Shown: in pieces, positions 24,336 through 37,352 of the stretch
Position numbering within the stretch: position 1 is the stretch's first letter
Layout: every line of letters begins with the position of its first letter
Source of the DNA: Fistulifera solaris
Taxonomy: Eukaryota
Reading direction: 5' to 3'
Length of the DNA stretch: 64,000 nucleotides
Assembly: GCA_030295235.1 (NCBI GenBank)
Contig: AP026142.1
Span: forward strand, 558,001-622,000
Position numbers and translations under genes: made by a program
The notes under the pieces: model-generated
Told to the model about the DNA's origin: nothing
The model's input: the letters and a program-made list of their open reading frames with translations, nothing else
Databases searched by the model: none

Positions 24336-26108
24336 TTATTCCGATGTATCTGATTCCATTTCCATGCACAACGCCTTTGCCAGCAGTGCTTGTTCTTCCG
24401 CAAACTCCTCCGCCGACTGGCTAGATGGGTCCAAGAATTGCAAATCATCGCTATGGAAGATACGGCTCACAAAATAGCTTCGAATGGGGACCAAAAGTAT
24501 CAAGAGGGCGGGATAAATATATCCTACAAAACAGCGTTAGCTCCAAAAAATTGGCACACCAACTGCATTTTTTCTCTCTTTGTAACGTACCAATACTAGC
24601 AAATTGTGCAGTAGCGAATACGGCAAAAGCAAGAACAAATTGAATCACTGTATAAATCATGATATCCCCCCAAGCAACATTGCGTACAAGCGCGGTGGCG
24701 GGGCGCTTGGTTGGTCGCATAAGCGCCAAATGGAGGCGCTCCCATATTTCATTGCCATGAAAAGCGCACATGCCCAAGTAAAGGAACAAGCCAAATAGAC
24801 AGCCTCTTGGAATCCAGCTCACGACTTCGAGCGACACCAAGGAAACAAACATTAACAGTGCTTGGCCTAGACCAGACCATCGCTGTTCTTCGCAATGAAT
24901 CACGACTTCCCGTTCGACGCCGTGGTCATCGACAAAAAAAACGACGAGTGCAGAGAGCACGAGCATGAAGAGGTGAGGTTGGAATGAGGCCGCTTCCTGG
25001 CGGGACACCCAAGATAGCACAAGGAATGAATGTAAGACCGAGAACGAAAAAGTCCCAATGATAGGAAGGAGGTTTTTTCATGTTGAAACTCGAGTTTTTG
25101 TGTCATGATTGAACTCACGTTGTGATCAATCATGAATAGCAAAAAAAGCATGAGACCGGGTACAAATGCTGCAGCAACCCCCCTACCGTCAATACCATCC
25201 AGTGGATTCACGACCCATTTCCGGTCTGCAGTGGGCTGCCAATCCCATGGAGCTGTGACGTTGACACGCTGAATGCCAACCTGATCTTCATCCGAAAGAT
25301 CCACGCCCGGAAGGTAACTAAAGGCGGTTCCCATAGCCACCGCAACGACAGTATTGTAGCTAGTGAGAAATACTCGTATTCCACGAGTGAAGACGGGCCA
25401 TGTTTCTGCAAAGTGCAACGTCCAAGCAATCCACATGGTGATGAGACCAATGAAGAGAGACGCATAGTGCTGACTTCTTTCTTCTTGAACTCCACCTTGT
25501 GTGAACGAAATGGGCTCGACTAATTCTTTCACTGAGGTATACACAAAGGTCAAGCCGATAAAGAGTTCAAATATTTGTGTGGTGAAAGGTGTGATGATCC
25601 ATACCAACGATACCAATCCCACCAGTGCGCTCATCATGTGCAGGAGACCAGCCCAAATACACGTCCAGGAGAAAAACGCAAAGTATTCGGCATTGTATTG
25701 TTCAGTAAGTTTATACGAAGTCCCCAACAAGATGGCAACCGGGCCAGTCACGCCCGTAATCACGATGGGTTGCCCCGCAAAAATCGCGTAAATAACTCCC
25801 AACATTCCCTTACTCAGCAATACCTCCACCACTGCCAGCTTTCCTTCGGTTTCACTCGTCATTAGTTCGGCAAAGATAAGTGCAGGGACAAGCTGAATCA
25901 CGAAAGTGTAAATGGCAGCATTGAATACGGTGAAGAAACGCTTGGGAGCGCCCCAGTCATCGGCATAAAGAGGCATCCGTGCTGATAGATCCTCTTTCAT
26001 ACCTTTGAGGAATTGAAACGATCTAGGCGCTTCATCAGGCCCGCCTAGAAATGGCTGCTGACCTGCTACTTCTTCTGCATCCATTGCCGGCGAGTTTCCT
26101 TCCTCCAT
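24336..26108 (-). CDS. SLC4/BOR1-family anion (bicarbonate or borate) transporter, frameshifted, one intron
   Basis: IFAGQPIVITGVTGPV, ITPFTTQIF, LFMIDHNVSS; restored KKPPSYHWDF and PLHARAL; EQRWSGLGQ; LFGLFLYLG; last exon GYIYPALLILLVPIRS. Confidence 0.88.
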
Positions 26109-26628
26109 GACGTTCTTTTGTCGTATTTGGGTTGAAGGTCTTGAAAGTTCAATACACGTTAGAGAAAGAAATAAACCAAAAGGACTATGATTCATGAAAA
26201 AAGAAAGACGGATCTTTCTTTGATCGAATCGCGTGTCGTGTTTCGTGATGGTCGCATGTCCGTACATTGTCTAATTGGAAAATAAGCTGGTTTGCGTCAG
26301 GTTTGCGTTCCTGCTTGCAGAAGCTCTCCTATTTTCACTCGTGCCTCGTGCCTGCTACGCGGGCCGGCCTGACCCACCGGCGCGTTTTTGTTTTGTTTGG
26401 AGAGAGTGTTCACTTTTCTACTCTACCTTTCGCGAAAGTGGATGGTTTACATGCTCCAGCTCTCCAGCTGATTGATTGCACCATTTTGGTACTGGTACCA
26501 TTACTTACGGTTATCAAACTGCACAAACATAGATTAAGATCTAGAAAACGGCGTCGATATGCCTTGTATATGTAAATGATTCAGAAAGACCAACAGAGCC
26601 AGGCCATGTTTATTTTGTTTCACCGTCT

Positions 26629-27315
26629 CTAGGACGACCTCCGTGAACCACCCAGTACGAACCCCGTCACCGCAGCAACAGTAGCAACGGCCGTAATCGA
26701 TGCTACTGTGGTAACTGTAGCAGAACTGATGAGCGACGACTTGACAGGTACAACAGGTAGTGATTCCACGCCTCCCATGCCTTCCGCAATTTGATTCTTC
26801 TTCTTTTTCTTCCTCTTCTTCCTCTTTGTGCTACTTTCATTGTCTTCGTCATTCTCACTGGCAGACGATATGGGCGCCGCGGCGGCCGCTTGTCGCAGTT
26901 TTTCTCCCAAAGCATCGTACTGTCGTTGCCGTCCTTTCGTATGCGCATCTTTCCCTCCTTCCAGCACTGAGCGTAATTGTCGTTCTACTTCTTTATTATC
27001 ACCTTGTGCGTGAAACACTTGTTGAAAATACGCACCCATGTGACGATTCTTTTCGGCAATGCCCGAGTCGTCCATTTGCGCTTGATACCGGGCACGAATT
27101 TCGGCTTCCAAATCGTCTTCGGATTTTCCGAAATGACTCGCGTAGCCCATAGAGAGTCCCACGGGTATCATTAATACGGTAAAAAGAGCAATGTGAACGG
27201 GAATTTGAAATCGTGGTGTGGATGGTTTTTTCGGTGGGGCGGTGGAAAGAAATCGATGTGGCAAAGCAGCAGTGCGTCGCAGCATGTGACGGGAAAGTAA
27301 GATTGAGCGATCCAT
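26629..27315 (-). CDS. Hypothetical protein, probably mitochondrial membrane
   Basis: Arg-rich presequence, two hydrophobic segments, Lys-rich tract. Confidence 0.55.
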   Translation of the reverse strand: MDRSILLSRHMLRRTAALPHRFLSTAPPKKPSTPRFQIPVHIALFTVLMIPVGLSMGYASHFGKSEDDLEAEIRARYQAQMDDSGIAEKNRHMGAYFQQVFHAQGDNKEVERQLRSVLEGGKDAHTKGRQRQYDALGEKLRQAAAAAPISSASENDEDNESSTKRKKRKKKKKNQIAEGMGGVESLPVVPVKSSLISSATVTTVASITAVATVAAVTGFVLGGSRRSS

Positions 27316-27827
27316 TTCCCTAATTGATTTAGTGAGTAGGTGTAGCAAGAAGGTAGAAGGAAAAGGCACCGAATGGTTATTCAATAAAATCCCGTCTCAC
27401 GAACCATCGCATCAATAACAATGTCGTCAAAGTCGTCGCATCGCAGCGTCAGCCCGGTGGAAAAAGGCAAGCTATAGGGATCAGGGTACATTCCCGTTCC
27501 AGGACTGGAGGAGTCGTCAGTCCGAGTCGATGTCCCGCCTACATTATTTCGTGCTGTGTAGTAAAGAATAGCGTTCACGATTTTTCTATTGCATTGCAAA
27601 GATTTCATTCTATTCTGTTGCTTTAACCTGCTACTTTTGTGCCATCGTTCTCGATTGTAATTTGAAGGTAGCGAAGAACTACCCGGTATTTGTTGTGATT
27701 GCGGCCGCAACGAGTCTTTTTCAAAAGTTGTTACGTTGAAGAGTCGAGAGACCCTTTCGATCGATACCATTGCTAATCTTAACCGGCAATAGTTATCTGG
27801 AGGTCTTATACAACAACAAGAAGGAGA

Positions 27828-28406
27828 ATGTCTCAACAGAAAACTCGACTTTTCATAATATTACTGCCAGTGATTTCTCAGCAGTTCAGTCATGCCACGC
27901 CGTTTCGTCAACATCCGGCCGTCTACACATGGAACGATGAATCCTTTCGACGCTCGACGTCACGAGGCAATTGGTTGATTTTATTCCACGATTCTGTGGA
28001 TCAAATCATCGTTCAGGATATTCCCGACAGTCCCAGTGATATCCATTTGGCGGCGATGGAGATCCGAAAAGCTCCACAGACGATGCGTCGTTTCAAAGTA
28101 CATCGTATCCCATCTTTTCTCTGTTTGCGAGACGGAACCCATTATTATCACTATTCGACGAAACCACCGTATACGTGGTCCGCCGTCTATGAATATTGCT
28201 CCAATCCTCCAGAGCAAGATGCTCGCGTCTTTCCTCCGCCGTTGTCGTTGTGGAAAGAGATGCGGATGCTCGTCCAACAAAACGCCTATTTGCAAATTGC
28301 AATACTACTTATGGTAATTGTTTTGGGAATTTTCGTGGCTTCCATTTGCCGTCACTTCTTCACCTATTCTTCTTCAACGGAGGAATCGAAACTGAAGAAA
28401 CAATAA
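27828..28406 (+). CDS. Secretory thioredoxin-fold-like membrane protein lacking CXXC
   Basis: Signal peptide; WNDESF..GNWLILFH; RRFKVHRIPSFL; C-terminal TM and KLKKQ end. Confidence 0.55.
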   Translation: MSQQKTRLFIILLPVISQQFSHATPFRQHPAVYTWNDESFRRSTSRGNWLILFHDSVDQIIVQDIPDSPSDIHLAAMEIRKAPQTMRRFKVHRIPSFLCLRDGTHYYHYSTKPPYTWSAVYEYCSNPPEQDARVFPPPLSLWKEMRMLVQQNAYLQIAILLMVIVLGIFVASICRHFFTYSSSTEESKLKKQ

Positions 28407-28481
28407 AAGAAGGTAGAATGAACTGTATTATAGTCAAATGTGCGTTGTAGTATATGTGTGGTATTTTTCTTGGCCCTTTTC

Positions 28482-29435
28482 CTAGAACGCTTTTCGCTTC
28501 ACGGGAAGCGATCGAGGCGGCGGACTCGCTTCGACGGCCATGGCCTGTGCCACACGCCTCAAAACGGAACCTTGACTGGACCAGGCGATACACAAACACG
28601 CGTGCAGAATCGCGTTGATTTGTCCTACTTGCAATCCGGTCGAAATCAGTAGAGGATACAGCGGCAGCAAAGGGGCATTGAGAATCCAAGCAAACGCACC
28701 CCGGCAACGGTAGTTCGTCGACAGTGGCAGCAGCGGTAAACCTTTCCAGATCAATGCCATGACGTAAAAAGTCGACGGAAATTGCGTAATACCGGCGACG
28801 AAGGTGTCACAAGCCGGTCGTTGATAACTCCATCCACCCAATGCGACAATCAAAGTCGTCACGATGGCAAAGGCTATCCAAAATACTTCAGGGATCACGG
28901 GAATAGTGGCGCATCGATTCTGTTGATCCAATTTGGCCCATACGGTCCCTATACTCCCCATCCAACCCGAGGCCGCGGTGACGGTTCCGACACAGATGGT
29001 CCATAAAAGTCGAAACAGCAACGTGTTGCGTGATTCGACCGTAGTAAAGTAATGATGTGCCAGGCCACCAGCAGTTACGGAAACCAAATACGTCAACAAA
29101 AGTCCCCGACTGCGAAAGATGTGTTGCTGCAAGAGCTTCTGTCGGAAGTGGATATCGAGTCGCGGGTCGCTTTTCGTCATTTGATGATTATTCGATGAAA
29201 CACCCACGCTAAGAACCCAAGCACCCATCACGCCAGCTAGCATATAATCGGTAATGTACGTTAACGGGGTATTGTCAAAGAGAGAGTCTGGTTGGTATTG
29301 ATACGACGCTCGCTGATAAATGATGGGAGAAACGTCTCCCAAAGTCGGGTCGGACCAAAATGGAAAATACGTAGAGAAGACGGCCACCGCTGACGCTGTT
29401 ACAATCCCATTGACTGCCCATAATGCAGATGACAT
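28482..29435 (-). CDS. Multi-pass membrane protein of unknown function
   Basis: Several hydrophobic helices; TYITDYMLA, GGLAHHYF and NAILHACL motifs. Confidence 0.6.
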   Translation of the reverse strand: MSSALWAVNGIVTASAVAVFSTYFPFWSDPTLGDVSPIIYQRASYQYQPDSLFDNTPLTYITDYMLAGVMGAWVLSVGVSSNNHQMTKSDPRLDIHFRQKLLQQHIFRSRGLLLTYLVSVTAGGLAHHYFTTVESRNTLLFRLLWTICVGTVTAASGWMGSIGTVWAKLDQQNRCATIPVIPEVFWIAFAIVTTLIVALGGWSYQRPACDTFVAGITQFPSTFYVMALIWKGLPLLPLSTNYRCRGAFAWILNAPLLPLYPLLISTGLQVGQINAILHACLCIAWSSQGSVLRRVAQAMAVEASPPPRSLPVKRKAF

Positions 29436-30056
29436 GACAGAAGTTGTGTCGTTGGTAGTTGTTGGCAATATTATGATCAGAATGACAAAGCCACCAGACT
29501 TATTTTTTCCTTCGGTATTCGACGGACACGTAAAACTAAATAATGCAGTGGACAGTGGACGCGCTCGCGCAAAGAGCGATGCAAGAAAAGGCGAACTTTC
29601 GACGAATGCCGCTTCACGGTGATCCGCGTTGCCGATCCACAAAACACTGCTATAGTAATTTGGAAACTATCATGAAAAAGAAGACGACACGACGTTCCAC
29701 CAGACAACGTGTCACGCATTGAATGATGACGTGACGACAAGCAGCGCCAGCGGCGCATCGTAACGGTACGCTACCAGTACTGGTACATCACAGAGGTGTG
29801 GACCCATCAAATTCATAGAAGATGATTACTACGTACTTTTAGCTAAGGAGGCGCGACGTGCGATCTGACATCCGTCGAAGTAGCGTCAGTGGTTGTCTTG
29901 GAGTCTATATACATTAATAATGTCATGCAGGCTGTCTCGTCATTTGTTTTCATCATCGACCAAATGCGTTTCGAGATGATAACGGCCATGAAATGCGCTA
30001 CGCTCCCATTCATGATAAAAAGTGGTATTAAGAAATGGTCAAATCACAATAATCGA

Positions 30057-31252
30057 CTAATAGTAACTATACGGTTGTTGTTGTTGTTGTTGTTGTTGTT
30101 GCTGCGGAGGCGGCGGCGGAGCCGAAAATCCGTACCCTGGAGCGAAAGCATCTTGACCTGGCGGTTTTGGTGGCTGCGCAAACGAAGGAGCCGAACCGAA
30201 ACTCGCAAATGATTGCATACTGGGCGATGGAGGTTGATTGTAATTGTTAGTGTACGGATTGGGCGGAGGAGCTCCCGTTGGATAAGAGGCATACGGATTG
30301 GGCGCTGGCGCCGCTGCGGGAGGTTGATACAGAGCCATGGCGTTGCTCGTGTACGGAGCAAGAGGCGGTTGCTGGTACGTGGGTGCATAAGGATTTGCTG
30401 GAGGCGGTCCCGCAAACGAATATTGATTTGTCGGAACGCCGTAGCTTGGTGCGTTTGGTGGCTGCGGCGCCTGTTGCTGCATCATGGACGGGGAAGGTGC
30501 ATTCGAATCTTCAAAGTCGGAACCCAAAGAAAGCGAAGACATGAATCCCGGAAACGGTTGTTGAGCGTTGACGTATCCATTACCAACCACAGCAGGCGCG
30601 ACGGTGCGTGGAGCCGGATCATCAAAGCTAATTAACAAATCTTCTTCATGTTTCATTACCGGTTGCTGCTGTTGCGGACGATGATTCGAACTTTTCCGAT
30701 TCTGTTCGTATTCTTTGAGTGATTCTAATTTGGCTTGTGCTACCAAACGTCGTTCTTCCGCCGTCATCATATCACGATCGGGATCGTGATGTTGATGACT
30801 TCCACCACGAGTCGTCATCGCCGTAGTCCCCAACTGAAAGATCTGATTAAAAGAAAAATACGAAATTCCTCCCACTCGTAAATCGAACGGTCTGGAATCA
30901 GGAATATCTTTACTGACCGGCTGCGAAATGAAATGCACTTTCAAGGTCTGACGCAAGGCCGCATCGTGCAACGGAAAGGAATGTTGCCAGGCCCGATCCG
31001 ACGTCCATCCATTTTGACCCGACTCTGAGTAATGTACATCTTTCCCATCGAGTAATAGTTGTCGTTTTCCACTGGCAAGACTCCAAATAAAGACGACTTC
31101 GTGTTCACTGCCGCGACAGGCGGCACCGGTACTACCACTGGGAGCAGCAAGATTGGCAAAGCCAAATTTGAAACTGACCTTCTTTTCGAGAATCCCAATG
31201 TTTTGGCGGCGTTGGTTACGGCGTAATCAATTTGGTACGGAATGAATGTCAT
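30057..31252 (-). CDS. Hypothetical protein with conserved-looking N-terminal beta-rich domain and Pro/Gln-rich tail, frameshifted
   Basis: Alternate frame reads KFGFANL..CRGSEHEVVFIWSLASGKRQLLLDGKDVHYS and continues into ORF 30057..30971; poly-Q from (GTT)n near 30074-30100. Confidence 0.6.
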
Positions 31253-31762
31253 TATGATTCTTCTGAAAACGATTCTGGTAAGGAGTTGAGTGAATGTTGC
31301 AAGTCAACTGACTCTTAGATAAGTTACGATTACGGTCTCTCACAGCGCGACGTGAGGGAAATGCGCAATCTCGTTCTAGGTGTTGATGGTTGCTTGATGG
31401 CGGAAGGATGTGTGAGAGACAAAGCATGCAGAGCCACAAATATCAATTGAATCAAGATCGAAAGATACAACGTCTATACACAGCGTTGCATTGCAAAGCG
31501 CGGCAGCGGTCGCGAGGAGCTCGGTGGAACATCGCACACAGCAGTACCGTTTTCTACACAAAGGGTTACACCTAAGCACGCGACGTGCAGGGTCCGAACC
31601 GTTTCCCGCGTCTTACCGGTAATGATCCTTGAGAGAAGATCTTGCTCGAATGTCGTCATCCGACGCCTCATTTATTTCTTGCATCTTTACTGTATGTGCT
31701 GTTCTTCTTGTTGATACAATCAGTTGCATTATTGCTTCTTTCGTCCATTACTTTTATTCACT

Positions 31763-32520
31763 ATGAAAATCTTATCAAATCAATCACTCTTGCCTAACCT
31801 ATTGACGGTCGTATGGCTCATCACGGGCCAAACACAAGCTTTTACCCCGCAATGGCAGCGTCCTCGTAGTACGACGACGATCATCCACCGAATGGCACCC
31901 AAAGAAGAAACCACGTGGGATCGGATCACGGGACCCAAATTGTTCAAAACTGTCACGAACTGGCAAGGCATTCATGCTTTTCCACTCGTACCGCTCCGCA
32001 TCTTGACGGGCTTACTCATGATCCATCACGGCAGTGAAGGCGGCACGCTGCCCGCCAATGTCGGGACGGCCGAATTTCAAGGCTTTGTTGATTTTGTCGT
32101 TAGACCCTATTTTGGATTCTTACCGGGACCAGTCGAAATATGGGCGGCCTTGCACGATTATATCGAATTCGGGGGTGGTATCTTGTTGGCGTTGGGGTGT
32201 TTGACGCGGCCGGCGGCTTTGTCTTTGTTAATTACGATGATGGGGGCCGTGTATTTTCATTTGTCGGCGACGGGGGCGCAAGGATTTCCGTTGGGTCATG
32301 TACCGAACTTTTCGTACGATTTCGAAGAACCGACCTTGTATGCGCTCATCTTTCTGTTGTTTTGGTTCAATGGAGCGGTACGTATTGTGCAGCGAGATGT
32401 GTATCAACTTGTCAATCCTCACACTTTCGTCTCTTTATTTTCCATCTTCAGGGTCCTCTATCCATTGATTCCATTGTGTATCAGCAAATTTCTCAAGAAG
32501 AAAATGTCAGTGAAAAATAA
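31763..32520 (+). CDS. Plastid-targeted DoxX-family membrane protein
   Basis: TQAFTP presequence; LRILTGLLMIHHG; EFGGGILLALGCLTRPAA; intron 32378-32451 gives NGA|GPLSIDS. Confidence 0.85.
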
Positions 32521-32823
32521 TAGTATAATCTCAAACGAGCTAGAATGATCGATACTCGGCGCAGAGAAGAATAATAATAATAATAATATAATCTATGCAA
32601 TCGCTAATGCATTATAATTATGAGTATTCACAGTATACACTGACAACTAGGTTCTGATTTTGGTTCATCCTAGAGAAAAACAAATTTCGCATATTCCAAT
32701 GGCTAAATAATTATGACACATCTGAGTGACTGACAATGACATCTAATAACAACAAAGATTGACTACTGGGTTCTCGTTTTTGTTTGTCCTAAAACCTTTC
32801 CAATTGGTTATCCATCACGGAAT

Positions 32824-35245
32824 TCAATCTTCGACGGGTGAACCACGGCTGATGCGATCGAGTTCGTGTTGGAGTTGGGCACTGGTTTGTGACCGTTGGT
32901 CGAGACAAAGACCGACACTTTCAAAGTAATCGAGTACTTCCTCTTCAGTGGGTCGACCAGATTCTTCCAATAGTTGATCAAAATCACGAAGGGCGTCCAT
33001 TTCCATGCGGAGAATTTCCATGATGCGATCGACGTGCACTTTATGGGCTCGGAGCAAACGAATGGCAATCACCATGTGCTCTGGCGGTTGTGACGCGGGG
33101 ACGTTTTTCGTTGGAGAAAGGGGAGGACGATAACGGACCTTGTCGCCTAATACGGAAGTGCTATTGGGTACAACATTTTCTTCTTCGCTCAGTTTACGGG
33201 GAAACAAATCGTCCAAGCCATCATCCGATTCGTCGTTTTCAAGCGTGCTGCTTGACATACGGAAACGCTCTTGCATCAACATCGAGTTGCGGCTACGTCG
33301 CTTGGACGCGTGTTCCTTCAATTTCTGAATGCTAGCAATGTACGGGCCGCTGCGGCGGCTTTTCCCGCTGTCTGCAGAGGAAACCGAATCGATTCTTGGG
33401 CTGCCGCTAGCCACTGGGCGAATGCTTTCTTGGGGACGAGACACTGGTGAAACGGGCACTTTCTGCATTTCCTTCCTTGTTGGCTTTATTGCAGCTGTCT
33501 CGTGACGAAGCTCTCCGCTACCCGAACCACTCGTCTTGGAGAGATCATCATAATCGGATCTCGATTCGGAACTGTAGCTTTTGAACACAGAGAGGTCATG
33601 GTCTTCGTTGTAGGCTGATTGACCGATAAAAGCACTGCTTCTTCCATGACGCTCATTTCCGGCAATGTGCATGCCAGCTAATCTGGCAACGACATCGGTC
33701 TGAATCGTATCCTTAGCCGTATCAGGAGATGACGGCAGAGTCTCATCGGAAGTTTCTTCCGAGCTACTTGACACCGTGATAGGTTTGTCGACTGACCCGT
33801 GTTTGAAATCAGGTGAAGCAGGACGGACCTTGGTATTATCACTTTCTTTGGCAGATAGAAAGGCTGCATTGAGATCTTCGGGAAAGCGCGGACTTCCGAC
33901 CTCCTTGTTGACCGGTCCTTCTAAAGTACCTTGTTCCTTTGGTATGAATACCGTAGCACCTTCCTTTGCTTTAACTTCAGAAGACACAATAGAAACAGGT
34001 GCCTTGCTATCCGTTTGGGCTTTTCAAAAGATCCGAGGGAGCCAGGAGCATCAGAGCTCTTCGTGCTATCAGGAATACGCAAAGGAGGAGGTCGCGGAGG
34101 AGAACTCTTCGTTTGAACGCATTTGGCCGGATTCGTTTTGATCTCTACTGCTTTGGGTGCTAGCGGAGGCTGCGATGCATTGCCCTCCATCGGCTTGGTC
34201 GCCGCCGGAGGAACCGGTGCTACGCGACGCAACGGCGGACCCAAACCAGCGGCACCTGCACGACGACCCACTACTGCAATACTTTTCGGAACTCCCGCGG
34301 TGCTATCATCATCAAAACCAATACTCGAAAGACTGCTAGTACGAGGAGGAGCCTTTCTTGGTGTTCCGGAGCGAAATGTAGATGTGCCGCTGCACGAGCT
34401 GCGTATCGGGTGTCACTGTTGTAACTGAATTTGCTTGCGACCGATAAATCTTCCGAGTCTGGGCTGTTACCATTTCCAAGAGATTTCAACCATTTCTGTA
34501 CCTTCGGATCTTTTACAGAAGGACCTTCAGGATCATTTACAAGCTCATCGAAAAGGCGTCTCTGTGCATTGCTCATGTATTGCAAAGCGGCTTTTGCGTG
34601 AACTCGAACTTGAGGAGAAGGATCTCGGAGTGTACGCACAAGTACATTACCAACTTGCATCCAAATTTCGTCGGTTAAATAGCCATCTGTGGTCCAAGAC
34701 TGAAGCGCAAGCCCCAGATAGAACGCGCATGCCTCCCGAACGGTGCGGCTTTTATCTACTTTCAGCCGATCCATCCAAAGCGGCATTACCATTTTGCAAG
34801 GAACTTCAGGAATCGCTTCAGCTACCATGTTCTGCACCGCTGTTCGAACAACTTGGACGGTTTGCGCATGTACAGAGAGAATGGTCGGCATCATATCCTT
34901 GAAAAGATAACGTGCATCGCCCTGGCATCGATTGAACAGAATAATCAAATTTTCACAAGTCCTTTTCACAACACTGGATCGCGCATCTTTGAGCAATTCA
35001 GAGACAGCTATAGCCAAGTGTCGAAGAAGCGCAGGGTTATTGTACCAGGCGCTACTCTTCGAATACGCCGTCCCCTCTGGGATCATTCCTACTAAATGAC
35101 TGAAGGCATCAGTTCGAGTCGTCCAATCCTCTGCTGCGGTTGTTTCAATTCGATGACAGAACTCAATGACCGGTCCATCATCAGCGAAATCTTGTCGAGG
35201 GCTACCTCCTTTAGTGGATGGGGTTTGAAAAATTTTGGACATCAT
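32824..35245 (-). CDS. CLASP N-terminal (TOG/HEAT) domain protein, two frameshifts
   Basis: EDWTTRTDAF, ELLKDARSSVVKRTC, DKSRTVREAC and LRDPSPQVRVHAK; continues through ORFs 33921..34271 and 32824..33987. Confidence 0.72.
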
Positions 35246-36034
35246 TTATCGTTGATTATTATCCGCAACACGCTGTCAAACGATGTGGCTGCACTTCCTT
35301 TTGAACAAGTTGAAAGCTAGAGCTCGGCGGCTTCGTATTTGCCAGCTCTATAATAAGATTTTGTAAAGAACGACGCGGCGGCGCGAAGTAATAATCATCT
35401 ATCCAAGGTGTTCGTTTCGTTTGACGCTGCGGTTTCATCCAAGGCGATCGCCAACCAAAAAAAGCGATCTCAAAAACACGGGCTTCGCGCTTTTCGGAAA
35501 GACCGCCCACTGTACAGCCTACAGCCGTCATTCAGTACCGTATAAATGGACGACTATCCAGTTTGAAGAAAGCGGAACACTTCCTTGTTCCTTGTTGGAT
35601 ACACCGTGATTGAAGCATGTTTTTACTATAGGTAGAATGTGCCGGTTGCCGGTTGTTAGCTATGATCCTTGAACTGGTGTTGCGTTACCTAGTACTTTTG
35701 AAAAATCAAGAAATTTCGAAGAATCCACATTGTCTGTTGCAACGCCAGCCGATACTAAACACTTAAATACTTATCACAACGTAGTGTTACTTACAGATAT
35801 TTCAAACGTATCCAGTCATTGACACGTGTCGTAATCGTTCACCTTAACATTATTGCTTGCACGAAGAAGTACCATGGACAGACGACAATCTGAAAAAGTT
35901 ACGTCGCCTCACCTGCCATTGCCAGCGCTTTCTTTCGCTTGTAAACAATTGACAAACACCATCATTTGTCTTCAAAGCCTTATCTGTACTTTGGAGAAAA
36001 ATTAGCTTTACGTTACTGCTATCAAGAAGATATT

Positions 36035-36289
36035 ATGTCGGGTCAATCTACCGCAACACCTCCGTCGGAACTCGCCGTGTCGTCGACGATTCGACAAGGA
36101 ATGGAAACAATTTTTATCAGAACAACGATGGGATTCCTTGTTGGGGGTCTGATGGGAGTTGTTTTGGCACGATCTGGATCTTCCGGAGCCAGGAAAGCTT
36201 TCGCTGGCCTTGGTGCTGGTATAGGGATGGGTTCTGGTTGGACTCGTACCTCAATTGACCTAGAAGAAATGTTGGCTGGCAAAAAGTGA
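36035..36289 (+). CDS. MIC10: MICOS subunit Mic10
   Basis: Two Gly-rich TM motifs GFLVGGLMG and GLGAGIGMGSGW in an 84-aa protein. Confidence 0.75.
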   Translation: MSGQSTATPPSELAVSSTIRQGMETIFIRTTMGFLVGGLMGVVLARSGSSGARKAFAGLGAGIGMGSGWTRTSIDLEEMLAGKK

Positions 36290-36618
36290 TGTAGGGCGTT
36301 GAACTTAGTACTCAATGAAATAGATCAGAAGTAATGCTGTTATGTTTTCCTTTGAACATTCGAACAGCAATAAAGGGAAACTTCAAACTTATCTATCATC
36401 CGGTGCGATATTTTCTTGTGTCAAGTCTTTCTATACATTCGTGAGAGTACGATCCAGTCTCCATTTCTAATGGTTTATAGCTTCGCCCTAGATCAGAGGT
36501 GCAAAGAGCACAAGCGGTCGGCGGAACGCAAATTTTGATCCTACTTGCTGGCATAGGAAAGGACCTCTGGATTACCACCACCTTCGAAGCAGAAGAAAAG
36601 TTCCAAGGAAAGTCAAGA

Positions 36619-36690
36619 TTACCTGGTACTTGTACCGGTACCGCACCGTACAAGTACCGTGTACCGTTATACCGTGGGGTGCCACGTACA
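36619..36690. repeat. GGTACC/GTAC-rich tract
   Basis: ttacctggtacttgtaccggtaccgcaccgtacaagtaccgtgtaccgttatacc...cgtaca. Confidence 0.8.
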
Positions 36691-37352
36691 GTGCGGGAAA
36701 CAAAAGGAAGCGTGACTGGATTCACGAGTCTCAACAGCATTTTCAATCCTTAATTATCGAACGTGCTTCTTCTGTTTCCAACTATGTATTAGCATCAGGG
36801 CCGTCATTGTTGTACTGAAGACATTTTTTATCTAGATTTCCGCCACCACGAATTTAGTACTCAATGACTTGAAAAATTTTCCACACTGACCTACGGTGTT
36901 CAAGTGTCCTTGACCATGCACATAATTAGCTAAACGGACACGCAAAACAGTGGCAACTGTTGTTTACCGTATTTTGGTCGATGCAGCGAAACATTTGAAG
37001 CGCAATGCAATACCTTTGGCAAAGTGCCTGGAAGAAAGATCGCTCTTTCTTTTCACCGTTGCTTTAAGTAACAATTAAACGTTTCTTCTTGAAAGGGATT
37101 GATAGAGGGGGTATAAGTCTATTTCTCACGCCTTAAGCAATCGTATTTGTGAAAAGCATTTTCGTTACGGAAGACTCAGAGCAGCTACGAAAGAGATTTA
37201 CATCTGCATACTTTTTTCTGGGAAGTGCTATCTTACGAGGAAACGTTGATTTATTAAATCATTTCCGCGATAAAAGAACGCACTTCTATTGCAAGAAATT
37301 CTTCTAGCAAGCGTTTTTAATAAGTGAGAACGCTAAAAACGAAGCAGCCTCC

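Noticed and set aside
10143..26108. Carbon-concentrating or iron gene cluster (bestrophin, ISIP3-like, fumarase, SLC4)
   Set aside because: The genes are interspersed with unrelated ones and there is no sequence evidence of co-regulation
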